DNA of 64,000 bases from Pseudomonadota bacterium (GTDB taxonomy: Bacteria > Desulfobacterota > Desulfobacteria > Desulfobacterales > JBDRRP01). A program made the position numbers and the translations under genes. The stretch covers positions 62,001 through 126,000 of the forward strand of contig JBDRRP010000129.1 of NCBI GenBank assembly GCA_043825735.1, read 5' to 3'. The notes under the pieces were generated by a model. It made no database searches. It was given only the letters and a program-made list of their open reading frames with translations, and had not been told where the DNA came from. Shown in pieces: positions 30,976 to 39,850 of this stretch; within the stretch, counting starts at the first letter, position 1, and every line of letters begins with the position of its first letter.

Positions 30976-30991
30976 AGCAACTCCCGTGCCG
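30976..30991 (-). promoter_or_regulatory. sigma54 (-24/-12) promoter toward RACo
   Basis: CGGCACGGGAGTTGCT, GG-N10-GC. Confidence 0.75.
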
Positions 30992-31098
30992 ATATTCTCC
31001 GGACGGTCTCCGGAGCGTCTCACGCCCGGCAGATCGTTATCGGGCACCCGGCTCATGGATGAGCACCGTGGTATGATAAATGCCATATCCGCCCGAAG

Positions 31099-31148
31099 TG
31101 TTCACTTCTTAAACAATACCACTGTCCAATTTATTAACATTATGAACA
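31099..31148. promoter_or_regulatory. putative enhancer-binding-protein sites (UAS), motif 1
   Basis: Two 17-bp TGT(T/C)CA-N5-T(A/T)AACA palindromes starting 24 bp apart plus a TGAACA half-site; same layout at 34743-34791. Confidence 0.65.
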
Positions 31149-31365
31149 GTCTCAATGTGTTAATTTTGCGATCGTTGTAACTTTGCGAGAGATTCCGACT
31201 TATTCCGGTTTCATCAATTCTGATGGGCTCGTAAAAAGGGTTTCTCTAATACCGACTTACGGCTGGCGGCACTGCTAAATGCCGGATCGAATCAGGCATG
31301 ACGGCCGATGGAGTTACCATCGGCACACCGGTCACTGATGAATTCTGCAGAAGCGTTCTCACTTT

Positions 31366-31381
31366 TGGCATCCCATTTGCT
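31366..31381 (+). promoter_or_regulatory. sigma54 promoter toward metV-metF
   Basis: TGGCATCCCATTTGCT, GG-N10-GC. Confidence 0.75.
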
Positions 31382-31481
31382 CATAGGCTTTCCCTTTCCG
31401 TCGGTATCCACACGCCGTGGAAAATTGGAAGAACAGATTGCCACACCGGCACCCGAACCATTCATGATACTGGAGGAGACC

Positions 31482-32201
31482 GTGCACGCCACTATTCAAA
31501 AGCCCATCGAGGAAATCGTCAGACACATCCGCCCTGGAGAGAAGGTCTTCGTCGTCGGCTGCAACAACTGCGCATGGAAATGCCACTCCGGCGGAGAAGC
31601 CGAAACCGAGAACATGGCCAAGCGGCTGATCAGGCGGGGTATCGAGGTGGCCGGCTACACCGTCCCAGGGCCCCAAGGCATGTCCCTTTGCAAGTTGGAT
31701 CATACGCGCAAGGTGCTTAGCGAAAACTACGCAGAGCAGACAGCCGCGGCTGACAGCTTCCTGATTTTGGGCTGCGGTCAAGGAGTACACACCGTTATAG
31801 ACGCCACCGACGGCGGCATGGTGCACCCGGGCTGCGACACCATATTCGGTGGTGAAACCGTCTCAGCCTCGGATATTGAAGAATATTGCTCCCTTTGCGG
31901 CGATTGCATCATCGAATTCACCGGCGGGCTCTGCCCCATGACCCTGTGTGCCAAACAGCTCCTCAACGGTCCCTGCGGCGGCACCGAGAACGGCATGTGC
32001 GAAGTCGACCCGGAGCGGCCCTGCGGCTGGGTGCTGATTTACGAGCGGCTGACACGCCTGAACCGGCTGGATCTGTTGGCGCCTTATCAGCCCCCCAAGA
32101 ACAACGCCCGTATGAGCCGTCCCCGATCACTCAAAGTCGGCGAAACTGAAGCCACCTTCTGCTCCCAGGCAGGCAAAATCACCGTCAGCAACCAAGACTG
32201 A
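31482..32201 (+). CDS. metV: methylenetetrahydrofolate reductase small Fe-S/Zn subunit
   Basis: QKPIEEI, GCNNCA..CHSGG, GCGQGV, CSLCGDC, GLCPMTLCAKQLLNGPCGG and CEVDPERPCGW motifs; GTG start with GGAGGAG RBS. Confidence 0.85.
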   Translation: MHATIQKPIEEIVRHIRPGEKVFVVGCNNCAWKCHSGGEAETENMAKRLIRRGIEVAGYTVPGPQGMSLCKLDHTRKVLSENYAEQTAAADSFLILGCGQGVHTVIDATDGGMVHPGCDTIFGGETVSASDIEEYCSLCGDCIIEFTGGLCPMTLCAKQLLNGPCGGTENGMCEVDPERPCGWVLIYERLTRLNRLDLLAPYQPPKNNARMSRPRSLKVGETEATFCSQAGKITVSNQD

Positions 32202-32229
32202 TCAATCGGATCACTCGAGGAGAATTCAT

Positions 32230-33132
32230 ATGAAATTGACGTCGCTGTTTAACGAGGGAAAATTTGTAGTCACCAGTGAAGTGGGGCCCATCAAAGGCGC
32301 CATTTCCAGAGACAAATCCGTTGAACCCGCCTGCGCCAGGGAGGCAATGGTTCTTAAAGACTGCGTCCATGCGGTCAACGTTACCGACAACCAGTCCGCC
32401 GTCATGCGGTTGGGGTCTCTGGCGGCCAGCGTCGGGCTGAAAGCGCGGGGCATCGAACCCGTCTACCAGCTCACCTGCCGGGACCGCAACCGCATCGCCC
32501 TGCAGAGCGATCTGCTCACCGCCTATTCCCTTGGGCTCGACAATGTGCTGCTCATCACCGGCGATCACATCCAGTTGGGAGATCACAAGGAAGCCAAGCC
32601 GGTCTTTGACCTGGATTCGGTACAGCTCATCCAAATGGCCATGGGACTGCGTCAAGGTCACGACATCACCGGCCTTCCCATCGAAAACCCGCCGGACATG
32701 GCCTACGGCGCCGTGGTCAACCCAAACTACGAACCCCTGGACCTCCAACTGCTCAAAATGCGGAAAAAAGTGGACGCGGGCGCCGAGTTCTTCCAGACCC
32801 AGGCCGTCTATGACGTGCCCACTGTCGAACGGTTCATCCGGAAGGCCGAAACCTTCGGATGCCCCATCCAGATCGGCGTGGTGGTCTTGAAATCCCCCGG
32901 AATGGGGAAGTTCATGAATGCCAATGTCTCCGGCATCACGGTCCCCCAAGCGTGGATCAATGAGATCGGCAGCGTCGGCACCGCCGACCGGAAGAAAAAA
33001 GCGGCTGAAATGATGGGTCGTCTCCTTGGAGAAATCAAATCCATGGTGCAGGGCGTCCATATCATGCCCCTTGGCTGGACCGATATCGTTCCCGACATCC
33101 TGGAACAGGCCGGCATCTCCATTTCCGACTGA
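32230..33132 (+). CDS. metF: methylenetetrahydrofolate reductase
   Basis: NVTDNQSA, QLTCRDRNRIALQSDL, ITGDH, VFDLDSVQL, KKVDAGAEFFQTQAVYD and GVHIM motifs. Confidence 0.92.
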   Translation: MKLTSLFNEGKFVVTSEVGPIKGAISRDKSVEPACAREAMVLKDCVHAVNVTDNQSAVMRLGSLAASVGLKARGIEPVYQLTCRDRNRIALQSDLLTAYSLGLDNVLLITGDHIQLGDHKEAKPVFDLDSVQLIQMAMGLRQGHDITGLPIENPPDMAYGAVVNPNYEPLDLQLLKMRKKVDAGAEFFQTQAVYDVPTVERFIRKAETFGCPIQIGVVVLKSPGMGKFMNANVSGITVPQAWINEIGSVGTADRKKKAAEMMGRLLGEIKSMVQGVHIMPLGWTDIVPDILEQAGISISD

Positions 33133-33133
33133 G

Positions 33134-33260
33134 GATGAAACCGTAAAAAATCCTTAGGCTGTCATGCCGGACCCGATCCGGCATCCAGAAGGATTTAAAA
33201 TACTGGATTCCGGATCTCGCTTCACTCGTCCGGAATGACGACTTTTGGTATTATGAAACA
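33134..33260. repeat. REP/MITE-like element (GTCATGCCGG...CCGGAATGAC core)
   Basis: GATGAAACCGTAAAAA end with an internal double hairpin; similar to 39304-39435 and 62661-62733. Confidence 0.7.
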
Positions 33261-33354
33261 GCCCTCTTCGCCGGAATGAAGGAAAACGCGAGTGCTTCTT
33301 TTTTCTCCGTGTCCTCCGCGAACTCCGTGGTGATTAACCGCTGCGACAACGGGG

Positions 33355-34734
33355 TCAGGCTCTGCCCGACTTGATCCCGTAACGTTTCATCTGGTTCCAT
33401 ACGCTGGTACGGGAAATCCCCAAAAGCGCTGCGGCCTTGGACTGGTTGCCGCCCGATTGCGCGAGGGCCGCCACCAGGCGCTGACGCCGCACGTCGTCCA
33501 GACTCTCTGCCGGTGGCATCTGCGCCGTGGGGTATACCGAGGGCGTGAGAATCCCCGGGGGCAGGTGGTCGGCGGTGATCTGGCCGCCCGGGCAGGACAC
33601 GAAGGCGAATTCAAAGGCGCTTTTCAGCTCCCGAACGTTCCCGGGCCACGAAAACGCCATCAGGGCATCGAGGGCCACCTTGGCGATACCGTCGATTTTC
33701 TTGCCGCTCTTTAACTGGATCCGGTTGAAAAAAGACTCGGCCAACAGGGGGATGTCTTCACGCCGTTCCCTCAGCGGCGGCACGTGGATGGGAATCACGT
33801 TGATCCGGTAATAGAAATCCTCGCGGAAATCGCCGCTGGCGATGAGTTCCGGAAGATTCCGGTTGGTGGCGGAGATAATGCGCACATCCACCGGAATGGG
33901 CCGCTGGTCACCGACCCGCTCAACCACTTTGTCTTCGAGTACCCGAAGCAATTTGATCTGGGTTGAGAGCGGCAGATCGCCGATTTCATCCAGAAAGATG
34001 TCACCACCGGCGGCTGCCTCGAACCGGCCTTCCCGGCTGCGGTGGGCGCCGGTAAAGGCACCCTTCACGTGGCCGAAAAGCTCGCTCTCCAGCAGTGATT
34101 CGTTAAGCGCCGCACAATTGACCTTGATATTGGGCCGCTGAGACCTGAGCCCGGCATCGTGAATGGCTTTGGCCACCAGTTCCTTGCCGGTGCCGCTTTC
34201 GCCGTAAATGATCACCGGCGCATCGGACTGCGCGGCATTGGTGATCAACTCGAAGACTTTCTGCATGGGCGCGGAGTTACCGATCATGCCGTAGCGCCGG
34301 TCTTCAGCGTCCAGTTCCCGCCGGAACTGCGCGATCTGGGTCTCCTTGTCGATGAGGTCCGTAATATCGGTCATGGTTTCCACCGCCCCGGTGACGCTGC
34401 CGCTGCCGTCTTTGATCACCGAAGCGTTCTTCACCACATGAACCACCCGCCCGTCCTTTCGGACGATCCGGCACTTTTGCTTACTCAACTGGCCCTTTCG
34501 AAACATCACGCACCAGTGGCAGCCATCGTCCCTGCGTGCGATCGCGCAGGTATTGCAGTCGAGCGTGGCACAGGACTTTCCGATAATTTCGGCGTGGCTG
34601 TAGCCGGTGATTTCTTCAAAAGCCCGGTTCACGGAGATGATGGTCCCCTCGGGGCTGACGATCATCACGCCGTCCTGGATCGTGTCCACGACGGTCTTCC
34701 AATAATAGTTGATATCCTGATGCGTGGTATCCAT
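33355..34734 (-). CDS. sigma54-dependent activator 1 (Cys-rich PAS, AAA+, Fis HTH)
   Basis: [29 protein letters not shown] and WPGNVREL motifs; PAS with CATLDCNTC...WC. Confidence 0.93.
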   Translation of the reverse strand: MDTTHQDINYYWKTVVDTIQDGVMIVSPEGTIISVNRAFEEITGYSHAEIIGKSCATLDCNTCAIARRDDGCHWCVMFRKGQLSKQKCRIVRKDGRVVHVVKNASVIKDGSGSVTGAVETMTDITDLIDKETQIAQFRRELDAEDRRYGMIGNSAPMQKVFELITNAAQSDAPVIIYGESGTGKELVAKAIHDAGLRSQRPNIKVNCAALNESLLESELFGHVKGAFTGAHRSREGRFEAAAGGDIFLDEIGDLPLSTQIKLLRVLEDKVVERVGDQRPIPVDVRIISATNRNLPELIASGDFREDFYYRINVIPIHVPPLRERREDIPLLAESFFNRIQLKSGKKIDGIAKVALDALMAFSWPGNVRELKSAFEFAFVSCPGGQITADHLPPGILTPSVYPTAQMPPAESLDDVRRQRLVAALAQSGGNQSKAAALLGISRTSVWNQMKRYGIKSGRA

Positions 34735-34742
34735 AGGCCACC

Positions 34743-34791
34743 TGTTCAAAATGTTAACAATCCGACTGTTCATAACATTAACACATGAACA
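34743..34791. promoter_or_regulatory. putative UAS, motif 1, directly upstream of activator 1
   Basis: TGTTCAAAATGTTAACA and TGTTCATAACATTAACA starting 24 bp apart plus TGAACA. Confidence 0.7.
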
Positions 34792-34913
34792 CCCACCACG
34801 CCATAACAGTCGCCGAGAAAACCCGCAGCCGGCGCTCCCGACACCAGGCACAATAAATCCAACGCCCTGTTATCATAGTTTATATAAACTCTATCGCGGT
34901 GTTCGCAACGAAT

Positions 34914-34929
34914 TGGCACCCCCCTTGCT
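34914..34929 (+). promoter_or_regulatory. sigma54 promoter of the tusA-hdr operon
   Basis: TGGCACCCCCCTTGCT, near-consensus. Confidence 0.85.
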
Positions 34930-34989
34930 CTTTAAGGCGGGCAACCCGGCAGGCATCGGCCGGACATCTCTTTGATGCAGGAAAGAATC

Positions 34990-35262
34990 ATGGTTTCCTT
35001 TGATCTTCGCGACGCCCTCATTCCCTTTTCACTGCTTCAGATCGCCAATGCCTTCCGCCGGATGGGGGCGGGTGAAGTCATGGAAATCCTGGCCGACGAT
35101 GCCGAAATCACCACCGACCTGCAGCGCATTCTGCCGCTGGCCGCCTACGACATCTTCTTTACCGACGAGGCGACGAATGCCGGCAGGCGCAGTTATCGGC
35201 TGCAATTGAGAAAAAAGACCAATACACATTTACCCACTCAAAAGGAGGACCACCATGTCTGA
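34990..35262 (+). CDS. TusA-fold protein lacking the catalytic Cys
   Basis: FDLRDALIPFSLL...MGAGEVMEILADD aligns with the neighbouring TusA (VDARGSACPGPLL...VKVGEILEIYSND); start uncertain (34975 or 34990). Confidence 0.65.
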   Translation: MVSFDLRDALIPFSLLQIANAFRRMGAGEVMEILADDAEITTDLQRILPLAAYDIFFTDEATNAGRRSYRLQLRKKTNTHLPTQKEDHHV

Positions 35263-35509
35263 CATCGATCTCAACACCCTGGACATCTCGAGCACCGTCG
35301 ACGCCCGCGGCAGCGCCTGCCCCGGCCCGCTGCTGGAGGCCAAAAAAGGGATCGGCAAAGTGAAGGTCGGTGAGATTCTGGAAATCTACTCCAACGATTC
35401 GGGCACCCGAAAAGACATTCCGGCCTGGGCCGGAAAAGTCGGGCACGAATACCTTGGCGTCATGGAAGGCGACGGCTACGACAAGCACTTTGTCCGAAGG
35501 AAAAAATAG
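35255..35509 (+). CDS. tusA: sulfur carrier protein TusA family
   Basis: VDARGSACPGPLL and DIPAW..KVGHE motifs; AGGAGG RBS. Confidence 0.88.
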   Translation: MSDIDLNTLDISSTVDARGSACPGPLLEAKKGIGKVKVGEILEIYSNDSGTRKDIPAWAGKVGHEYLGVMEGDGYDKHFVRRKK

Positions 35510-35540
35510 ATTTCGAGATCGCTTCCATAAGGGGATTGTC

Positions 35541-35960
35541 ATGGCAACTACCGTCAGCGACGGCAAAATCCTGATCCTGGCCACCGAAACCTGCGCCTAT
35601 CCGGGCGCCAACTCGGTGGGCCAGGCCCATGCCACCTATCCGGCCAACACCTATATCATGAGGGTCAGGGCACCGGTGCTGTTTCCCGAGCAGTTCTACA
35701 TAGACTGCTTCCGGAAAGGCATCAGCGGCATCATCATCATGTCCTGCGGCGAAGAGTGTCCTTACGACGGTGCCTACCACGCGCTGGCCAAACGCATCGA
35801 CCGGGTCTACCAGTTGATGAAGGCCGAGGGTATCGATATCCGCCGCCTGCGGCTGACCGCCATCTGCACGGTCTGCAACCGTGCGTTTCTCAAGGAAGTC
35901 AACGGCATGAACGCGCTGGTGCAGGAACTGGGCCCCCCTGAACCCAAAGCGGCGGCATAG
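35541..35960 (+). CDS. MvhD/FlpD-like iron-sulfur subunit (divergent)
   Basis: CAYPGANSVG...YP....IMRV, SCGEECPY and GIDIRRLRL motifs; position beside hdrA genes. Confidence 0.75.
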   Translation: MATTVSDGKILILATETCAYPGANSVGQAHATYPANTYIMRVRAPVLFPEQFYIDCFRKGISGIIIMSCGEECPYDGAYHALAKRIDRVYQLMKAEGIDIRRLRLTAICTVCNRAFLKEVNGMNALVQELGPPEPKAAA

Positions 35961-35972
35961 AAAGGAAACACC

Positions 35973-37256
35973 ATGGATTCGGAACGCACACGGAACTTTG
36001 ATGCCCTGGTGGTCGGCGGCGGCATTGCCGGGCTTCAGGCCGCCCTCGACCTGGCCGACCAGGAATTTACGGTGGCAATCATCGAAAAGGACGCCTCCAT
36101 CGGCGGGAAAATGATCCGGCTATCCAAGGTTTTCCCCACCCTGGACTGCGCCAGTTGCATCACCACGCCCAAAATGGCGGCCGCCGCCCACCATGACAAC
36201 ATCACCATCTTCACGGACTGCGATTTGAAAGCCCTGAATCGCGCAGATGGCATTGTGACCGCCCGGGTCGTTCAGCGCCCCCGGTACGTCGACCCGGTCA
36301 AGTGCATCGGCTGCCGGCAGTGCGAATACGGCTGCCCGGTATATGTCCCCGATGAAGAACAGGGCGGATTCAGCCTGCGCAAGGCCATCCGCATCCCGTT
36401 TTCAAACGCCATCCCCCAGATCGCCACCCTGGACGTGGAAAACTGCTCGCTGTGCGGCAAATGCGCCAAAGTCTGCCCAACCGATGCCGTGGACTACTTC
36501 CAGCAGCCTAAGAAGATGGTCATCACGGCGAAAACGGCGGTTATGGCCACCGGCTTCAACCTCACACCGGTTCACCAGAAAAAGGAATATGGCCAAGGCC
36601 GGGTTCCCAATGTCATCACTTCGATGCAAATGGAGCGCCTGTTGGCGCCTCACGGCCCCTACCAGCGCGTTCTGCGGCCCTCCGACGGCAAAGAGCCCGA
36701 GTCGATCGCCTACATCCAGTGCGCGGGATCCCGGGATAAGAGCCTGGGTGTTTCCTACTGCTCAAGAGTGTGCTGCATGTACGCCATCAAACAGGCCATG
36801 CTGCTCTCCGGCTCCCTGCCCCTGGCCGACATCACCATTTACTACATGGACATCCGGGCCTTCGGCAAAGGTTACGAGCAGTTTTACCAGAACGCAAAAG
36901 CCATGGGGATCGAATTTGTCAAAGGCAAGGTGGCCGCCATCACCCCGGGTGCGGGCCAGAGCGTTGCCCTGCGCTACGAAGCCCAGGAAGAAGACGGCCG
37001 CCTGGCAACCCGAGAGCACGACCTGGTCGTGCTGAGTCTGGGGATCGTCCCTGAGTGGCAACCGGCCGGCATCTGCGATCTGGCCACCGGTGATGACGCC
37101 TTTATCCGCTGCACCATGCCTCAGATCGCCCCCACCGTGACCAGCATGGACGGGGTGTTCGTGGCCGGTGTGGCGGCAGGTCCCAAAGACATCGTCGACA
37201 CCATCTGCGAAGCCGGCGCCGCAGCCATGGAGGCCGCAAATTATCTAGCACGGTAG
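35973..37256 (+). CDS. heterodisulfide reductase subunit A-like flavoprotein (short, QmoA-like size)
   Basis: VVGGGIAG, SIGGKM..LSKVFPTLDCASC, two 4Fe-4S motifs, IQCAGSRD, YCSRVCCMY, YMDIRAFGKGYE and GPKDI. Confidence 0.9.
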   Translation: MDSERTRNFDALVVGGGIAGLQAALDLADQEFTVAIIEKDASIGGKMIRLSKVFPTLDCASCITTPKMAAAAHHDNITIFTDCDLKALNRADGIVTARVVQRPRYVDPVKCIGCRQCEYGCPVYVPDEEQGGFSLRKAIRIPFSNAIPQIATLDVENCSLCGKCAKVCPTDAVDYFQQPKKMVITAKTAVMATGFNLTPVHQKKEYGQGRVPNVITSMQMERLLAPHGPYQRVLRPSDGKEPESIAYIQCAGSRDKSLGVSYCSRVCCMYAIKQAMLLSGSLPLADITIYYMDIRAFGKGYEQFYQNAKAMGIEFVKGKVAAITPGAGQSVALRYEAQEEDGRLATREHDLVVLSLGIVPEWQPAGICDLATGDDAFIRCTMPQIAPTVTSMDGVFVAGVAAGPKDIVDTICEAGAAAMEAANYLAR

Positions 37257-37338
37257 CCGTAATCCACGTTAGCTCGAACCGAACACCGGCGCACCGCGAA
37301 CATTCCCATCAGCGGGAACCATTTCCAGGAGACGGCCA

Positions 37339-39201
37339 ATGACTGCCGAAAATGAGAAGAACACCGCCGAAGAAAAGAAAGTCGGCGTCTACATCTGCCA
37401 CTGCGGGGGCAATATCTCCGATCACGTGGACGTGCACAAGCTCGCCAAGGCGCTGGAAGGCACCCCCGGCGTGGTGGTGACCCACACCAACATGTTCATG
37501 TGCTCGGACCCGGGCCAGGAACTGATTCAGGAAGACATCAAAAGCGGCAGGATCAACCGGGTCGTCGTCGCCTCCTGCGCGCCGAGCCTCCACGAGCTGA
37601 CATTCCGCAACGCCATCAAACGCGCCGACATGAACCCCTATCTCTACGAGCATGCCAACATCCGCGAGCAGGTGAGTTGGGTGCATCACGGCGACAAGGC
37701 CACTGAAAAGGCCACACAACTGGTAGCCGCGGCCATCGCCAAGGCCAAGGTGCTGGAACCTCTGGAACCCATCAGGGTAGAAGCCCTGAAACATGCCACC
37801 GTCATCGGCGGCGGCGTGGCCGGCATGCGGGCGGCGCTGGATCTCTCACGGCGGGGCATTCGGGTCGCACTGTTGGAAAAATCGCCGTATCTGGGTGGAC
37901 AGACCGCCCGGCTGAACCGACTCTACCCCACCAACGATACCGCGGAAAACGTCATCCGGACCCTGGGCGACGCCGTTTTTGCCGACGCCGGAATCACGGT
38001 ATATGGCAGCACGGAAGTTGCCGGCTATGAAGGCTACGTCGGCAATTTCAGGCTGACCCTCAAAACCGCGGCGGATTCCTCAAGCCACGGCAACGCGTCA
38101 ATCGATCATCAAGCGGGTGCCTGGGCGCCCTTTACCGGCATGTTCATCGGTGCCGGGGGCCAGGGTGCGCCGCAATTTATCGAGACCGGCGCCATCGTTT
38201 TTGCCACCGGATTCAGGTCCTATCAGCCCCGTGAAGGGGAGTATGGGTACCTCTGCTTTGCCGAAGTCGTTACCCTGCCGGAGTTCATCCGCATGACGGC
38301 GCAGGCCCCGACACAAAAAAAGACGCTGACGATCAACGGCCGCACCATCCGCCGGGTGGCTTTCATCCACTGCGTGGGCAGCCGCCAGATACCGGGCATT
38401 CATGAGCCGGACGCCGATGACCATCTCAACGAATACTGCTCCCGGACCTGCTGCAGCGCCATCCTCCAGTCGGCCGGTGAAATCCGGCGCCGGTTCCCGG
38501 AGACGGCGGTATTCGATTACTACCGGGACATCCGCACCTACGGCCGGGGGCAGGAAGACTATTACGAGCGGGCATCGACGGACAACGTGCTGTTTTTCCG
38601 CTACGAACCCGAGGCCCCACCTCAGGTTGAGCGCGCCGGCAACGGACCATTCCCACTGCGCATCCGGGTAAAGGACACATTGACCTTCGGTGAAGAGCTG
38701 ACCGCCGAAGTGGATCTGGTGGTCCTGGGCGTCGGCATGGAAGCGCGCCCCATCGGTGACCTGGTGGACATGATGAAACTGCCCACCGGCCAGGATCGCT
38801 TCCTTCAGGAAGTCCACCCCAAACTGCGTCCGGTCGAAGTCGCCAACACCGGCATTCTCCTGGCAGGCACCTGTCAGGCGCCCATGGACATCGGCGAGGC
38901 CTGCGCTGCGGCCCAGGCCGCTGCGGCCAAGGCGGCCACGCTCCTGACCAAGGGGCACGTGGAACTGGACCCCTATGTCGCCAGGGTCGATGCTGCGCGC
39001 TGCACCGGCCACGGCCGCTGCGCCGATGTTTGTCCGGTGGAAGGCGCGGTTGCGGTGGCCGAGGGTAAGGCGGCTATCAATCCCGCGCTGTGCACCGGCT
39101 GCGGCATCTGTGTGGGGGAATGCCCGGAGGCAGCCATCGACATCAACGGATGGACGCTCAGGCAGTATGAAGACATGGTGGATGCCATCGTGGCTGTCTG
39201 A
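37339..39201 (+). CDS. heterodisulfide reductase subunit A-like flavoprotein (long, QmoB-like without the fused MvhD domain)
   Basis: VYICHCGGNI, FMCS..GQ, ASCAPSLHE, ANIREQVSWVH, IGGGVAG, HCVGSR, YCSRTCC, EVHPKLRP and C-terminal ferredoxin motifs. Confidence 0.9.
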   Translation: MTAENEKNTAEEKKVGVYICHCGGNISDHVDVHKLAKALEGTPGVVVTHTNMFMCSDPGQELIQEDIKSGRINRVVVASCAPSLHELTFRNAIKRADMNPYLYEHANIREQVSWVHHGDKATEKATQLVAAAIAKAKVLEPLEPIRVEALKHATVIGGGVAGMRAALDLSRRGIRVALLEKSPYLGGQTARLNRLYPTNDTAENVIRTLGDAVFADAGITVYGSTEVAGYEGYVGNFRLTLKTAADSSSHGNASIDHQAGAWAPFTGMFIGAGGQGAPQFIETGAIVFATGFRSYQPREGEYGYLCFAEVVTLPEFIRMTAQAPTQKKTLTINGRTIRRVAFIHCVGSRQIPGIHEPDADDHLNEYCSRTCCSAILQSAGEIRRRFPETAVFDYYRDIRTYGRGQEDYYERASTDNVLFFRYEPEAPPQVERAGNGPFPLRIRVKDTLTFGEELTAEVDLVVLGVGMEARPIGDLVDMMKLPTGQDRFLQEVHPKLRPVEVANTGILLAGTCQAPMDIGEACAAAQAAAAKAATLLTKGHVELDPYVARVDAARCTGHGRCADVCPVEGAVAVAEGKAAINPALCTGCGICVGECPEAAIDINGWTLRQYEDMVDAIVAV

Positions 39202-39303
39202 TCGCTGACCGAAAAAGGGATGGCGGTTGTTCAGAAAGCTCAGATCGGCGAGATGCGAGAAACTGAAAATTTAACCACGAAGCGCACGAAGGCCACGAAG
39301 AAA

Positions 39304-39435
39304 ATGAAACCACAAAAAGTCTAAACGCTCGTCACTCCGGCGAAGGCCGGAGTCCAGAAAAACTTGAAAATACTGGATCCCGGCCTTCGCCGGGATGACA
39401 GAAAAGAGAGGGACTCGACTTTTTACGGCTACATC
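39304..39435. repeat. REP/MITE-like element inserted inside the operon
   Basis: Imperfect inverted ends ATGAAACCACAAAAAGTC / GACTTTTTACGGCTACAT enclosing GTCACTCCGGCGAAGGCCGGAGTCCAG...CTGGATCCCGGCCTTCGCCGGGATGAC. Confidence 0.75.
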
Positions 39436-39493
39436 AAAAAGGAATCTTAGGCTGTGACCATTGAAACGGCACCGGCTTTTCCTGGAGAAAATA

Positions 39494-39781
39494 ATGATGA
39501 CTACAGATGACTCAAAAGCGGCCTTGAAGCAGCTTAGAAATGATCGGAAAGCGACGATCGATCGCGCCCGCAACTTGATCAAGACCCAGAACAAAAAGTT
39601 CGCCGCCGTCAAGGGCCAGATTGTATCCGAGGCCAAAACCATCCCGGAAATCGCCGCCGCCATCCGCATGGACACCGCCGATGTGCTGCTTATCGTATCG
39701 GCCTTGAAAAAATTCGGCGAAGTGGCGGAAGGCGACAAAGACGGCGACTATTTCAGATACCAGATGGCCGGTCCGGCATAA
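39494..39781 (+). CDS. small winged-helix-like protein
   Basis: KTIPEIAAAIRMDTADVLLIVSALKKFGEV...YFRY pattern; GGAG RBS. Confidence 0.7.
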   Translation: MMTTDDSKAALKQLRNDRKATIDRARNLIKTQNKKFAAVKGQIVSEAKTIPEIAAAIRMDTADVLLIVSALKKFGEVAEGDKDGDYFRYQMAGPA

Positions 39782-39850
39782 TCCGGCCACCGGTCCGGCA
39801 ACACCGCATCACCGGCCCCAAACGCGAACCATCAACCATGGAGAAGTGAC

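Noticed and set aside
30941..30977. Plus-strand mini-ORF MPSLLVDTL behind GGAGGT
   Set aside because: The SD lies only 1-2 nt from the ATG; the sequence is better explained as the complement of the ACCTCC loop and the minus-strand sigma54 promoter
30840..31480. Cobalamin, SAM or THF riboswitch between RACo and metV
   Set aside because: Plausible from the flanking genes, but I found no B12-box or SAM-I core motifs; the space is accounted for by two sigma54 promoters, UAS sites and a repeat remnant (an Rfam scan is still advisable)
35541..39201. Selenocysteine in MvhD or HdrA, common in this lineage
   Set aside because: These ORFs are continuous with no in-frame TGA at Cys positions; the two hdrA genes are separated by a TAG, an 82-bp gap and a new RBS
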